From an uncultured Methanosarcinales archaeon (GTDB taxonomy: Archaea > Nanobdellota > Nanobdellia > Woesearchaeales > ARS49), in NCBI GenBank assembly GCA_964637115.1, contig CAZWVL010000009.1:1-51309 (forward strand): a DNA stretch of 51,309 nt, read 5' to 3'. The notes under the pieces are model-generated. The model saw nothing but the letters and a program-made list of their open reading frames with translations. It did not search any database and had not been told where the DNA came from. Shown in pieces: positions 8,367 to 17,001 of this stretch. The position numbers and the translations under genes were made by a program. Each line of letters begins with the position of its first letter. Within the stretch, counting starts at the first letter, position 1.

Positions 8367-9507
8367 TTACTACCCAGGTTGTAATTGTTGCTATTATTAT
8401 GCTGTAAAGGAAGAACGCCACTGCCATGTCCGCAATTAGACCAGCTTCTGGCAGGTCAAAGATTGCTAATACGAATCCCACTGCGATTGTTGCAATTCCT
8501 TTTGGCGCGTTTAATGTCATGTACAATTTCTCGTGCCAGCTGTATTTTTTCAAGCTGATTGAAGTTCCAATGAATCTTACTGCTACAAATGCCACAAACA
8601 ATAATCCTGACGTGATGAAGAATTGTGCAGTATAAGGTATGTCAATGACTACTCCTGTGAGCACAAAGAGCAGTATGAGGAATGCTTTCGTAAGTACACT
8701 TTCAGTTTCGAGTAATTTTATCTTTTCTTTGACATAAACATTGCCGAAGAATATGCCGAGTGTTGTAACGGCCAGTACTCCTGACCCATTCAGATTTTCT
8801 GCAAGCACGTAAGCGAGTAATGCTGCAATTATGACTGATAATGGCGAATAAACTTGTGTGTACGCATGTTGCACCAGTTTGAACAATATTATTCCGATAA
8901 AAATTCCTGCTCCAATGCCGACAACAATGTTCATCAGGAATGGAATAATATGCTCAATTATCTGCGAAGTCATCATTTCAGGCACTGTTTGCATTAATTT
9001 CAGGAACATAAACGGTAGAATAACTGATAATGGTGTGTTGAAGATGCTTTCAAGGACTAGCATGTTTGCTGCGCGTGTTTTGTACGTCAGTCCAAGCGTA
9101 ATCTCTGGCACAGTTCCCACAACAATTGAAGATAGCAATAGGCTGCTCAAAATAGAAATGTCGAGGATATAATGTGCAATGGCAGAAAACAAAACCAGCG
9201 CAAATAATGCATTCACCAGACTTAACGTAAGCGCTCTGGAGCTCAGCGTGTCAAGTTCTCGCAATCGTAATCGTGTCGAGCACGCAAACAGGACCATTGC
9301 CAGAGCCAATATTGCCAGGCTGTTCATGAACAATGGCGGAAAACTCACAAGTGGCTCATTTCTGAACTTTAAATGTGAAAATATCATTCCTGCTATCAGC
9401 AATAATAGCGCATCAGGAATTTTCAGCTTTTTGCCTATCCATGAGCAGATAATGCCTACAAATAATAGAACTGCGATGGAAGTTACAATGAGCAATGCTT
9501 CTTGCAT
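8347..9507 (-). CDS. Cation:proton antiporter (CPA1/NhaP-like)
   Basis: About 12 TM segments, LESIFNTP, GSGVLAV, PKGIATIA. Confidence 0.88.
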   Translation of the reverse strand: MQEALLIVTSIAVLLFVGIICSWIGKKLKIPDALLLLIAGMIFSHLKFRNEPLVSFPPLFMNSLAILALAMVLFACSTRLRLRELDTLSSRALTLSLVNALFALVLFSAIAHYILDISILSSLLLSSIVVGTVPEITLGLTYKTRAANMLVLESIFNTPLSVILPFMFLKLMQTVPEMMTSQIIEHIIPFLMNIVVGIGAGIFIGIILFKLVQHAYTQVYSPLSVIIAALLAYVLAENLNGSGVLAVTTLGIFFGNVYVKEKIKLLETESVLTKAFLILLFVLTGVVIDIPYTAQFFITSGLLFVAFVAVRFIGTSISLKKYSWHEKLYMTLNAPKGIATIAVGFVLAIFDLPEAGLIADMAVAFFLYSIIIATITTWVVNENRTS

Positions 9508-9546
9508 AAACTGTAAATGACCAAGAGTCTATTTAAAGGTTTATTA

Positions 9547-9672
9547 CTACTCGTAGCTCTTGCCGATGTATCCAGCCAGCTCGCTTTCGTAGCAGCAGCC
9601 AGTCCATTTGTCGTCTTGTCGTTGTGGTTCTTCGTGGTCAAGTTCGACTAGTTTCTCAAGTTTCTGTTCCAT
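9547..9672 (-). CDS. 41-aa small protein (not in ORF track)
   Basis: GGAGG Shine-Dalgarno then ATG 9672; MEQKLEKLVELDHEEPQRQDDKWTGCCYESELAGYIGKSYE; ends in TAG-TAA-TAA. Confidence 0.65.
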   Translation of the reverse strand: MEQKLEKLVELDHEEPQRQDDKWTGCCYESELAGYIGKSYE

Positions 9673-10120
9673 TGTCTTCCTCCGTTTTGTCATCTCCAGG
9701 CCAAAGCATTCCTCTCAATGTTTGTCTGTTTTTCATTAGATAGCCAAAGACTTGTTTCCAGGCAGCTTCCTCGGTTTTGTGTGGTGTTTCCAGTACATAT
9801 CTGTCATGCGAGGCCATGTAATGACAGGGGTCGTCGTATACTCTTGCTTTGCCCCATTCTGGTTTTTCCGTGAACAGCAGGCTTGGGATCAGGTTGTTCA
9901 TCGTCTTGCACATTGTCAGGTATCCCCACCCGTTAATGCTCCCTGATTTTGGTATCAGGTGTTCAATGATTGCGCCGTAGTATGGCCTGTCTGCTTCAAT
10001 CATTCCTTCTTCATAGTTTCTGGCAAAAATTAGAATGACCCCATCGGGGCACGCTTTTTGCGCAGCACGCCTGTTTTCAGGTTCGTGCTCCACTACCAGT
10101 ATTTCCAGTGGTTCTTCCAT
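9656..10120 (-). CDS. Degenerate receiver (REC)-like domain protein
   Basis: ILVVEHEPENR resembles the REC beta1 acidic pocket; GAIIEHLIP lies where the phospho-Asp strand would be; LLFTEK. Confidence 0.55.
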   Translation of the reverse strand: MEEPLEILVVEHEPENRRAAQKACPDGVILIFARNYEEGMIEADRPYYGAIIEHLIPKSGSINGWGYLTMCKTMNNLIPSLLFTEKPEWGKARVYDDPCHYMASHDRYVLETPHKTEEAAWKQVFGYLMKNRQTLRGMLWPGDDKTEEDNGTET

Positions 10121-10123
10121 TTT

Positions 10124-10282
10124 TTACCTGTATTTCCTTGCTTCGTATATCGTTCGAGCCATCCTTTCCGCGTATTTTGTCTGCCAGTCCTGAATTGTCC
10201 TCAGGTAGTATGGCTGGTTTTGTGCTACGTATGTGGCCGTTCTTCCTCTTGTTTGGGCGCGTTGTTCTAGGTTTTTTGTCAT
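10124..10282 (-). CDS. 52-aa basic small protein (not in ORF track)
   Basis: GAGGTG SD then ATG 10282; MTKNLEQRAQTRGRTATYVAQNQPYYLRTIQDWQTKYAERMARTIYEARKYR; stop 3 nt before the next ATG. Confidence 0.6.
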   Translation of the reverse strand: MTKNLEQRAQTRGRTATYVAQNQPYYLRTIQDWQTKYAERMARTIYEARKYR

Positions 10283-10315
10283 TTGTCTTCACCTCTTGTT
10301 TCGCATCAAGAGACC

Positions 10316-10338
10316 CGCTGAAAGCTGTGCTTTCAGCG
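10316..10338. promoter_or_regulatory. Perfect 10-bp hairpin in the divergent intergenic region
   Basis: CGCTGAAAGC-TGT-GCTTTCAGCG, extendable by AAGAG/CTCTT. Confidence 0.55.
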
Positions 10339-10446
10339 CTGCCTCTTTTTTGGCTGTTTTTTCAACAACGGCATTTGTTAAATATATTTGTTGAAGAACT
10401 TTCTACAACACAAAGCTTTTATACTTTTGAATTGTTTTTCTCTGCA

Positions 10447-11169
10447 ATGACCGACATCTATTCTGACTTGGAAAAGCTCAACTTCAGCACAAATGAGGCG
10501 AAAGTTTACCTTACTCTGGTCAGAATTGGTCCTTCATTTGCAGGCAGGATAGCCAAGGAAGCCAATCTTGACAGAAGCAGTACTTACAACGCTCTGAAAC
10601 AGTTAATCGAGCGGGGCATTGTCTCGACCGTGTTTGAAAAAAAGCGCACTATTTATGTTCCTGCCGACCCGAAGAAAATTCTTGATTATTACAAGGAAAA
10701 GGAGGAAATCGCAAACAGGGTAATTCCATCATTGCGCCAGCTCTTTGCAGTCAAAAAAGAAAAGAAAAATGTTCTTCTCTTCCAAGGCTACAAGGGACTC
10801 AAGACCATTTTGCAGGATATGCTTGATTCTGGTGACAAAGAGCAATGTGTTATTGGCTCTGAAGGTCAGTTAAGGGACCGTATGCCGTATTACGCTCCCA
10901 TTTTCAGCAAGATGAAGCAGGAGCGCGGCATAAAATCAAAAGTGCTAATCAGGGCAGGCAGAACGAACACCTCTCGTGGAAAAACAACTGAGTATCGTGA
11001 AGTTCCTTCCGATGTTGCCTCACCCGCAACCGTCAACATTTACGATAAAAAGGTCGCTATTTTCATCTGGGATGAAAAGCCAGAAGCTGTCCTAATAGAA
11101 AACGAGAAAGTCAGCCAGACATTGAAGAATTACTTCAGCTTCATGTGGAAGCATGCAAAGAAAGTTTAA
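10447..11169 (+). CDS. TrmB-family transcriptional regulator
   Basis: LEKLNFSTNEAKVYLTL...IAKEANLDRSSTYNALKQLIERGIV; C-terminal NIYDKKVAIF. The ORF-track start at 10108 is overextended. Confidence 0.9.
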   Translation: MTDIYSDLEKLNFSTNEAKVYLTLVRIGPSFAGRIAKEANLDRSSTYNALKQLIERGIVSTVFEKKRTIYVPADPKKILDYYKEKEEIANRVIPSLRQLFAVKKEKKNVLLFQGYKGLKTILQDMLDSGDKEQCVIGSEGQLRDRMPYYAPIFSKMKQERGIKSKVLIRAGRTNTSRGKTTEYREVPSDVASPATVNIYDKKVAIFIWDEKPEAVLIENEKVSQTLKNYFSFMWKHAKKV

Positions 11170-11194
11170 ATAGTGGGGTCTTGTAAAGAGCGAT

Positions 11195-12418
11195 ATGCGT
11201 CACCAGCAGATTTTCAAAGAGGTTTTGGATGAAAGCGTTCCGTCGAAGGACGAGCGTGCTAAAGTTCTCAGTCAGGTAAACACTTTTCTCAAGAATCTTA
11301 ACAGTGAGCTTAAGCGTGTTAGAGTAAATGCAAAGGCAATGTTGGGCGGCAGTTATTCCAAGGACACTTGGCTTTCAGGTGATTATGACGTTGATGTCTT
11401 CGTGAAATTCAACCTTCAGCACAAAGAGCAGAATCTCTCTGATCTTCTTGAAAAAGCACTGAAAAAGTGGCATCACGAGAGAATTCACGGTAGCCGTGAT
11501 TATTTCTGGGTTAGGGACGGCATAAAATACGAGATTGTTCCTGTTTTAGACATTCAAAAAGCAGAGCAGGCAGAGAATGTTACTGACTTTTCTCCTTTGC
11601 ATGTTGCTTGGGTGAACAAGAAAGGAGCCAAATTCAAGAATGATATCAGAATTGCGAAAAAGTTCTGCAAAGGAACTTCTTGCTACGGTGCCGAAAGTTA
11701 TATTCGCGGTTTTTCAGGCCACGTATTGGATATTTTGGTAATTTATTTCAAAGGTTTTATTCCGATGTTGAAAGCTGCAAGAGATTGGAAGCCTAAAGTT
11801 GTATTAGATTACAATAATATCTACAAGGGCAAGGCTTTGATGATGCTGAACAAGAGCAAGACAGAGGGTCCATTAATTCTCGTCGATCCTGTTCAGCCTG
11901 GCAGGAATGCAGCTGCTGCATTGACGCAGGAAAATTTTGATAAATTTGTAAAATCAGCAAAAGCATTCCTTAAGAAACCAAGCAATGGCTTTTTTGTGGA
12001 AAAAGAAATTGATTTCAATGCTCTAAAAAAGAAAGGTCATCTTATACAAATAAAAGTCAAAACATTAGACGATAAGGAAGACGTTGCAGGCACGAAGTTT
12101 GTCCGTGCATTTGAACATGTCCGTGACCAGTTAAGTGACTTTCAAGTCAAGGATGCCGGTTGGCTTTGGGATAAAAAGGAAAAAGGTATCTGGTGGTTTG
12201 TTTTAGGCAAAAAGCAGCTGCCTGCAGAGTGCGACTGGCAGGGTCCTCCGATAAAACTTGCAGATGCAGTCAAGAAGTTCAAGAAAATTTACAAGAAAAC
12301 TTTCATAAAGCAGGGCCGTGTCTGGGCTAAAGTCAAGTGTGAAGAGCGTACTCCGGAGCAAGTGCTGAAGAGAGTTCTCAAAGGGGAATTTGTCAAAAGC
12401 AGGGTGAAGAATATATGA
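11195..12418 (+). CDS. cca: Archaeal class I CCA-adding enzyme
   Basis: GGSYSKDTWLSGDYDVDVF nucleotidyltransferase motif, YGAESYIRGFSG, LVDPVQPGRNAAAAL. Confidence 0.94.
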   Translation: MRHQQIFKEVLDESVPSKDERAKVLSQVNTFLKNLNSELKRVRVNAKAMLGGSYSKDTWLSGDYDVDVFVKFNLQHKEQNLSDLLEKALKKWHHERIHGSRDYFWVRDGIKYEIVPVLDIQKAEQAENVTDFSPLHVAWVNKKGAKFKNDIRIAKKFCKGTSCYGAESYIRGFSGHVLDILVIYFKGFIPMLKAARDWKPKVVLDYNNIYKGKALMMLNKSKTEGPLILVDPVQPGRNAAAALTQENFDKFVKSAKAFLKKPSNGFFVEKEIDFNALKKKGHLIQIKVKTLDDKEDVAGTKFVRAFEHVRDQLSDFQVKDAGWLWDKKEKGIWWFVLGKKQLPAECDWQGPPIKLADAVKKFKKIYKKTFIKQGRVWAKVKCEERTPEQVLKRVLKGEFVKSRVKNI

Positions 12419-12873
12419 ACGGTATCTGGTGGGCTATTCTGTTAAGTATGACGCCGGTTGTTGAAGTACAGGGTGGCATTCCAGTGGCGCTTGCTTCGGG
12501 AGTGAATCCTTGGGTTGCTCTTTTTGTCTGTTTTGGTGCAAGCCTGCTCGTTATTCCAGTTGGGTTCTTTTTTCTTGAATTCGTCCATAAGAGATTTTTG
12601 CACATTAATTCATATCAAACATTGGTTGACAAGTTCATGGAGCGCACGCGTAAGAAAATTCATCCGTATATCCACAAGTATGGTATGCTTGGATTTGCCG
12701 TGTTTGTTGCCATTCCCACTCCAGGGACAGGCGCGTATACAGCAACACTGGCAGCATGGTTTCTTGGAATGCATAAATGGCAGGCTTTTTTCTCGATTGC
12801 ATTAGGTATGTTCATAAATTCCTTCATAGTCTTTGTCGTTGCCTTGGGCGGAATGAAGGCTTTAGGTTTGTAA
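12415..12873 (+). CDS. COG2426-type small multi-TM membrane protein
   Basis: PVVEVQGGIP and FVAIPTPGTGAYT motifs; ATGA overlap with cca. Confidence 0.85.
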   Translation: MNGIWWAILLSMTPVVEVQGGIPVALASGVNPWVALFVCFGASLLVIPVGFFFLEFVHKRFLHINSYQTLVDKFMERTRKKIHPYIHKYGMLGFAVFVAIPTPGTGAYTATLAAWFLGMHKWQAFFSIALGMFINSFIVFVVALGGMKALGL

Positions 12874-12927
12874 TTTATATTTCTCACTACCAATAACATT
12901 TTATTAAAGCATTTCTTGCAAAATTAC

Positions 12928-13911
12928 ATGCACGTGTTTGAGAAACTCATTCCATTTTTGTCTGAGCGTCTTCAAAGGCGCGGTTCTGCTATACTTATTG
13001 GCAGCCACGAGCGTATCCCAATCAAGCCAGACTCATTCCAAGTTATCCATCCGAATATCGGCTTTCCAATGTTATTCGTTGATGGCGGTAATGGCGAGGT
13101 TGTCAAAGGTCCCAATGTGAGCGTTCAATTTGTTCGTTTGTATGCGACATTTTACGAGCAAAACGTCCGTGTTTCTAGAAATCTTCGTGAGTTCTATGTG
13201 GTAGTTCTCGCTTTTCAAAAAGGTCTTGATCTTGGTTTTGAAGCAACTATCTTTAATCCGGACGGTGATGAATTGCAGAAATTCTCATTTGACGCGTATG
13301 ATCCTGCTTTTTCATTTGCCGGCAAGCGCGCCGAGCCCGCTTCTGTAGCTAATCATGTTAGGAAATTGTTAGAACTTAAGTTTGCAGAAGAATTGTGCAA
13401 TAGTATGGAAAAGGGTGTTATCGTTCGTGATGGTGATTTGGAGGCGAGGGGAGAGGTGATGGAAGAGTCTTTGAGGCTGTTGCGCACAACTGCTCAAAGA
13501 AAAGGAATTATTGTGCTAGGCCTGTCAAAGACTTCCACTTTGTGCACTGACAGCGGCAATAGTGCTTTGGTTGCTCTTAGAACTATTGCGCCAGAGGGTG
13601 CTTGGTATTATTATGCTGGCGGAAATGTTGCGTTTGTCAAGCTGCATCCTGCTTCAGAATATGTTTTCCGTTGCGATGTTTTCCCTCACGATAGGGCAGA
13701 ATTGCCGAGTGCCTGGTCTGCTTTGGCTGCAAACGCAGCAGACCCTTCATTTTTAGGCTATCCATATGGACTTATAGATGCTGACAAGTTCGCGCAGGTT
13801 ACCAAAGATGAAACTCTGCAATTGAGAGCCAGATTTGCAGTTCAGAGCAAGGAACTCTTTCGTAGCATCGAGGCAGCTGTTGATGCACACGATATACTGA
13901 ACTCCTTCTAA
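12928..13911 (+). CDS. nurA: NurA-domain nuclease
   Basis: FVDGG, IVRDGDL, LGLSKTS, GYPYGLIDADKFAQV. Confidence 0.8.
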   Translation: MHVFEKLIPFLSERLQRRGSAILIGSHERIPIKPDSFQVIHPNIGFPMLFVDGGNGEVVKGPNVSVQFVRLYATFYEQNVRVSRNLREFYVVVLAFQKGLDLGFEATIFNPDGDELQKFSFDAYDPAFSFAGKRAEPASVANHVRKLLELKFAEELCNSMEKGVIVRDGDLEARGEVMEESLRLLRTTAQRKGIIVLGLSKTSTLCTDSGNSALVALRTIAPEGAWYYYAGGNVAFVKLHPASEYVFRCDVFPHDRAELPSAWSALAANAADPSFLGYPYGLIDADKFAQVTKDETLQLRARFAVQSKELFRSIEAAVDAHDILNSF

Positions 13912-13973
13912 GTAATAACATAGATTTTTAACTTATTTGCTCATAGAGAGCATAAGAAAAGGAGGTTTTTATT

Positions 13974-14303
13974 ATGGACGGAAAAGCAGGACATTGGGCA
14001 TTCTTGATTGGTGTTGTACTGGCAGTTATTGCAGGGTTTGTGCCGCAGTTGCAGACTCCGACCGTGACTTGGATTTTGGTCTTGTTGGGTCTGATTGTGG
14101 GCTTCATGAACATTACTGCTAAGGAAACGCAGGAATTCCTGATTGCCGCTGTTGCCTTGGTCATTGCAGCTAACTCAGCGAGTAGCATCGTTCAGCTTGG
14201 TTTGACTATGTCGCTTATTTTGAGCAACATTGTGACGTTTGTCTTCCCGGCTGCATTGCTTGTTGCATTGAAGACTATCTGGCAGCTTGCATCGGAATCG
14301 TAA
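13974..14303 (+). CDS. Hypothetical 4-TM membrane protein
   Basis: GGAGG SD; hydrophobic helices; GFMNITAKET loop. Confidence 0.8.
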   Translation: MDGKAGHWAFLIGVVLAVIAGFVPQLQTPTVTWILVLLGLIVGFMNITAKETQEFLIAAVALVIAANSASSIVQLGLTMSLILSNIVTFVFPAALLVALKTIWQLASES

Positions 14304-14351
14304 GCTTTTTATTTAACTTATTTTTTTAGATTTAAAGAGAGTGAATAGACC

Positions 14352-14477
14352 TTGAACTACGACAGAAGACATGTTGAAGCAGTTAAGCGACGCCACCACG
14401 TGCACCATTTTCCTTTTCTGAAGATGTTTTTGTTGCTGGCAGCGTTGGTGTTTGCGTTATTAGTTGTATTGCGTTAG
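14352..14477 (+). CDS. Possible 41-aa His/Arg-rich single-TM peptide (not in ORF track)
   Basis: TTG start; MNYDRRHVEAVKRRHHVHHFPFLKMFLLLAALVFALLVVLR. Confidence 0.45.
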   Translation: MNYDRRHVEAVKRRHHVHHFPFLKMFLLLAALVFALLVVLR

Positions 14478-14619
14478 TGTGTCGCTAGACTTGAGATTTT
14501 GCGACTTTGTGAAGGCGAGAGAAGAGTTTTGACCCTGTTTTCGAAGAAAACAGCAGATAAAATGCTTCTCGAGCCTGAACAAGGAGCAATTTGATCAAAC
14601 TTTCTGAAAGTTTGTTACG

Positions 14620-15399
14620 CTAGTGCGCTATTCTTGCCAGCATTCCTGTTTTTCTGGTCCGCTTGAAGCAGAAATAGTAATACGGCCAGGCTATGACAAA
14701 ATATATTGCTGCAATAAAGAACGCGTGCCAGAGCATTGATGCTTGTACTGGTGTGTTTGTTGCAATGGCTCGTGCCGCTTCAAAGATGTTGGTGAAGGGC
14801 ATGATTTCTGTTATCCATCTGATTGCTGATGGGAAAATGTCTGGGCTGTAGAATGGTGCTGAAAAGAAGATGAACAACTGCAGCATGCTCCAGCTTAGGA
14901 ATCCGTATTCTCTTCCTAAGACCATGACCGTGCCCGCTATTCCAATAGCCAGTGCAAGTGATCCAAGTAATGCAATGCCTGCCATGAGAGCAACAATCGT
15001 AAAATTGGCCAGGAGCGGTGCGCCGAAAGCGTTTGCTACAATCATCAAAAGGGTTCCGATTATTACGGCCGCGGTTGTGCTTGTTGCAAGTTTTGCCATC
15101 AAATATTCAAATTCTGAAACTCCTGATACTAGCACGTGTTTGATGCTTAAGCTCCATAAGTCTTCCATGATTAGTATGTTTGCTTGTTGCTGCGCTAGCT
15201 GACAAAAGCTCCAGAACATGTTCACAATCAGCACGATTAATCCTGCTTCTACTGCGAATTCTTTGCTGTAAAGCGAAAATAAGCCCCATATGAGTATTGT
15301 GGTGAGTGGAAAATATGTTATTTCAAGTAGTCTCCATTTTACACGTTTGATGACGCGTGCGTCATTCTGCATGACTGCGATTATGTTATTTAGTTTCAT
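14620..15399 (-). CDS. ABC-2 type transporter permease
   Basis: Six TM segments, FFSAPFYSPDIFPSAIRWITEIMPFT; overlaps the ATPase stop. Confidence 0.9.
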   Translation of the reverse strand: MKLNNIIAVMQNDARVIKRVKWRLLEITYFPLTTILIWGLFSLYSKEFAVEAGLIVLIVNMFWSFCQLAQQQANILIMEDLWSLSIKHVLVSGVSEFEYLMAKLATSTTAAVIIGTLLMIVANAFGAPLLANFTIVALMAGIALLGSLALAIGIAGTVMVLGREYGFLSWSMLQLFIFFSAPFYSPDIFPSAIRWITEIMPFTNIFEAARAIATNTPVQASMLWHAFFIAAIYFVIAWPYYYFCFKRTRKTGMLARIAH

Positions 15400-16301
15400 T
15401 GTTCTCCAAGGACTTTGATGAAGTAGTCTTCAAGTGTTGGTTTTTTCATTGCAATGTCTCTGATGGAATATCCTGCTTCGTGGATGCTTGCCAGTAAATC
15501 TCCCAGTGCTTCTTCGCTGGTGAGCGTTGCTCTGACCCTTTTTTCTTTAACTAAAAGAGTATGCTGCTTGACAAATGCGGCACTAGGTTTTTTGTTTAAA
15601 TGTAAAATAATGTCATAGCTGCCGAAGTGTTTGAGCTTCACCGATTTAACATCTCCTATGTCCACGATTTTTCCTTTGTGTATGAATGCTATTCTGTTGC
15701 ACAGCTGTTCAACCTCGTGCATGTAATGGCTTGTTAGAAGGATAGTCATGCCTGCTTCTTTGTTGAGCCGTTGTACTTCATTTCTTACTTGCCTTGCCAC
15801 ATCCGGGTCAAGCCCTAATGTTGGTTCGTCCATGAGCAGCAATGCAGGCTTGTTGAGCAGTGCTTTTGCAAACGCTACCCTCAGTCTTTCTCCTGTGCTG
15901 AAATTTACGAATTTTCTGTCCATCAAATCTTCCATTTTAAGCAAAGTAACTAGTTCCTGTATTCTTTCTTTTGGATTGAGGATTTGGTACACTTTAGAGT
16001 AAAAGGCCAGTATGTCGTTTGGCGTGAGTGCCCAGTGGAATTCGCTTCCTCCGGCTACAACATTTATTCGTGAGAGTACGTCTGGGCCTGGTTTTTCTCC
16101 TAAAATTTCCACGCTGCCTTCGTCTGGAAGTAGGAGATTGAGCATGATGTTGATTATTGTTGATTTTCCTGCGCCATTTGGTCCGAGAAGTCCGAAAATC
16201 TCGCCTTTTTTTACTTCAAAGCTGACGTTCTGTAGTGCTTTTATTTCGTACTTTTTGCCTTTGAACGTCTTGCTGACATTCTTGATTGATATGGGATTCA
16301 T
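15396..16301 (-). CDS. ABC transporter ATP-binding protein
   Basis: GPNGAGKST, FSTGERLR signature, LLMDEPTLGLD, TSHYM. Start taken as MNPISIK. Confidence 0.95.
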   Translation of the reverse strand: MNPISIKNVSKTFKGKKYEIKALQNVSFEVKKGEIFGLLGPNGAGKSTIINIMLNLLLPDEGSVEILGEKPGPDVLSRINVVAGGSEFHWALTPNDILAFYSKVYQILNPKERIQELVTLLKMEDLMDRKFVNFSTGERLRVAFAKALLNKPALLLMDEPTLGLDPDVARQVRNEVQRLNKEAGMTILLTSHYMHEVEQLCNRIAFIHKGKIVDIGDVKSVKLKHFGSYDIILHLNKKPSAAFVKQHTLLVKEKRVRATLTSEEALGDLLASIHEAGYSIRDIAMKKPTLEDYFIKVLGEQ

Positions 16302-16332
16302 TGTGCTGAGAAATAGATGTCGTTTTATATGT

Positions 16333-16932
16333 TTATCGCAGCGGAACGAATATATAGCCGCCCAATTTTTCGTAAGTGTATTCTTTTCCAAACCGTCTGA
16401 CTCTTATTAATTGTTGTCCGTACTCTTGTCCAACAGGCATTAACAATATGCCCCCATCTTTCAGTTGTTTTAGGAGTGCGGGTGGTATTTTCTCTCCGCC
16501 TGCTGTAACAATGATTCGATCGTAAGGAGCTTCTTTTGCGTATCCTTTCTTGCCGTCCGCGTAAATCACTGTTACATTTGTTATTTTCGCTCTCTTCAGA
16601 TTCTTCTTGGCGAACTCTGCAAGTTTTTTTATTCGCTCAATGCTATATACTTGGTCAGCAATCTTACTCAACAGTGCCGCATTATACCCGCTGCCTGCAC
16701 CTATCTCAAGTACTTTCATGCCTGATTTGACTTCCAGCGCATCCAGCATTAAGACAACAGTGCTTGGCTGCGAAATGGTCTGTTCTGCAATTATCGGTAG
16801 TGCACTGTCTTCATATGCTGAATCTTTCCATTCTGGCAGTACAAATTCTTCGCGTGGCACTTTTTTGAACGCTTCTATTACATTTTTGCTGATTTTCATG
16901 CGTTCAAACTGGCGTATCAACTGCTCTTTCAT
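16333..16932 (-). CDS. pcm: Protein-L-isoaspartate O-methyltransferase
   Basis: KVPREEF, QTISQPSTV, VLEIGAGSGYNAALL, APYDRIIVTA. Confidence 0.95.
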   Translation of the reverse strand: MKEQLIRQFERMKISKNVIEAFKKVPREEFVLPEWKDSAYEDSALPIIAEQTISQPSTVVLMLDALEVKSGMKVLEIGAGSGYNAALLSKIADQVYSIERIKKLAEFAKKNLKRAKITNVTVIYADGKKGYAKEAPYDRIIVTAGGEKIPPALLKQLKDGGILLMPVGQEYGQQLIRVRRFGKEYTYEKLGGYIFVPLR

Positions 16933-17001
16933 AGTCTACAACCTATAAAACACAATCTTTATATAAAGCTCTTGCCAGATTTTAAAGCAAAGAGGTGTTG
17001 C

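Noticed and set aside
10108-10446. N-terminal extension of the TrmB ORF and the 71-aa ORF 10077-10292
   Set aside because: The TrmB domain begins at Met 10447; a different minus-strand frame (10124-10282) has the SD and operon spacing.
14478-14594. Stop-codon readthrough or recoding after the 41-aa ORF
   Set aside because: The downstream open frame has no recognisable motif, and genes elsewhere in the window terminate normally at TAG and TGA.
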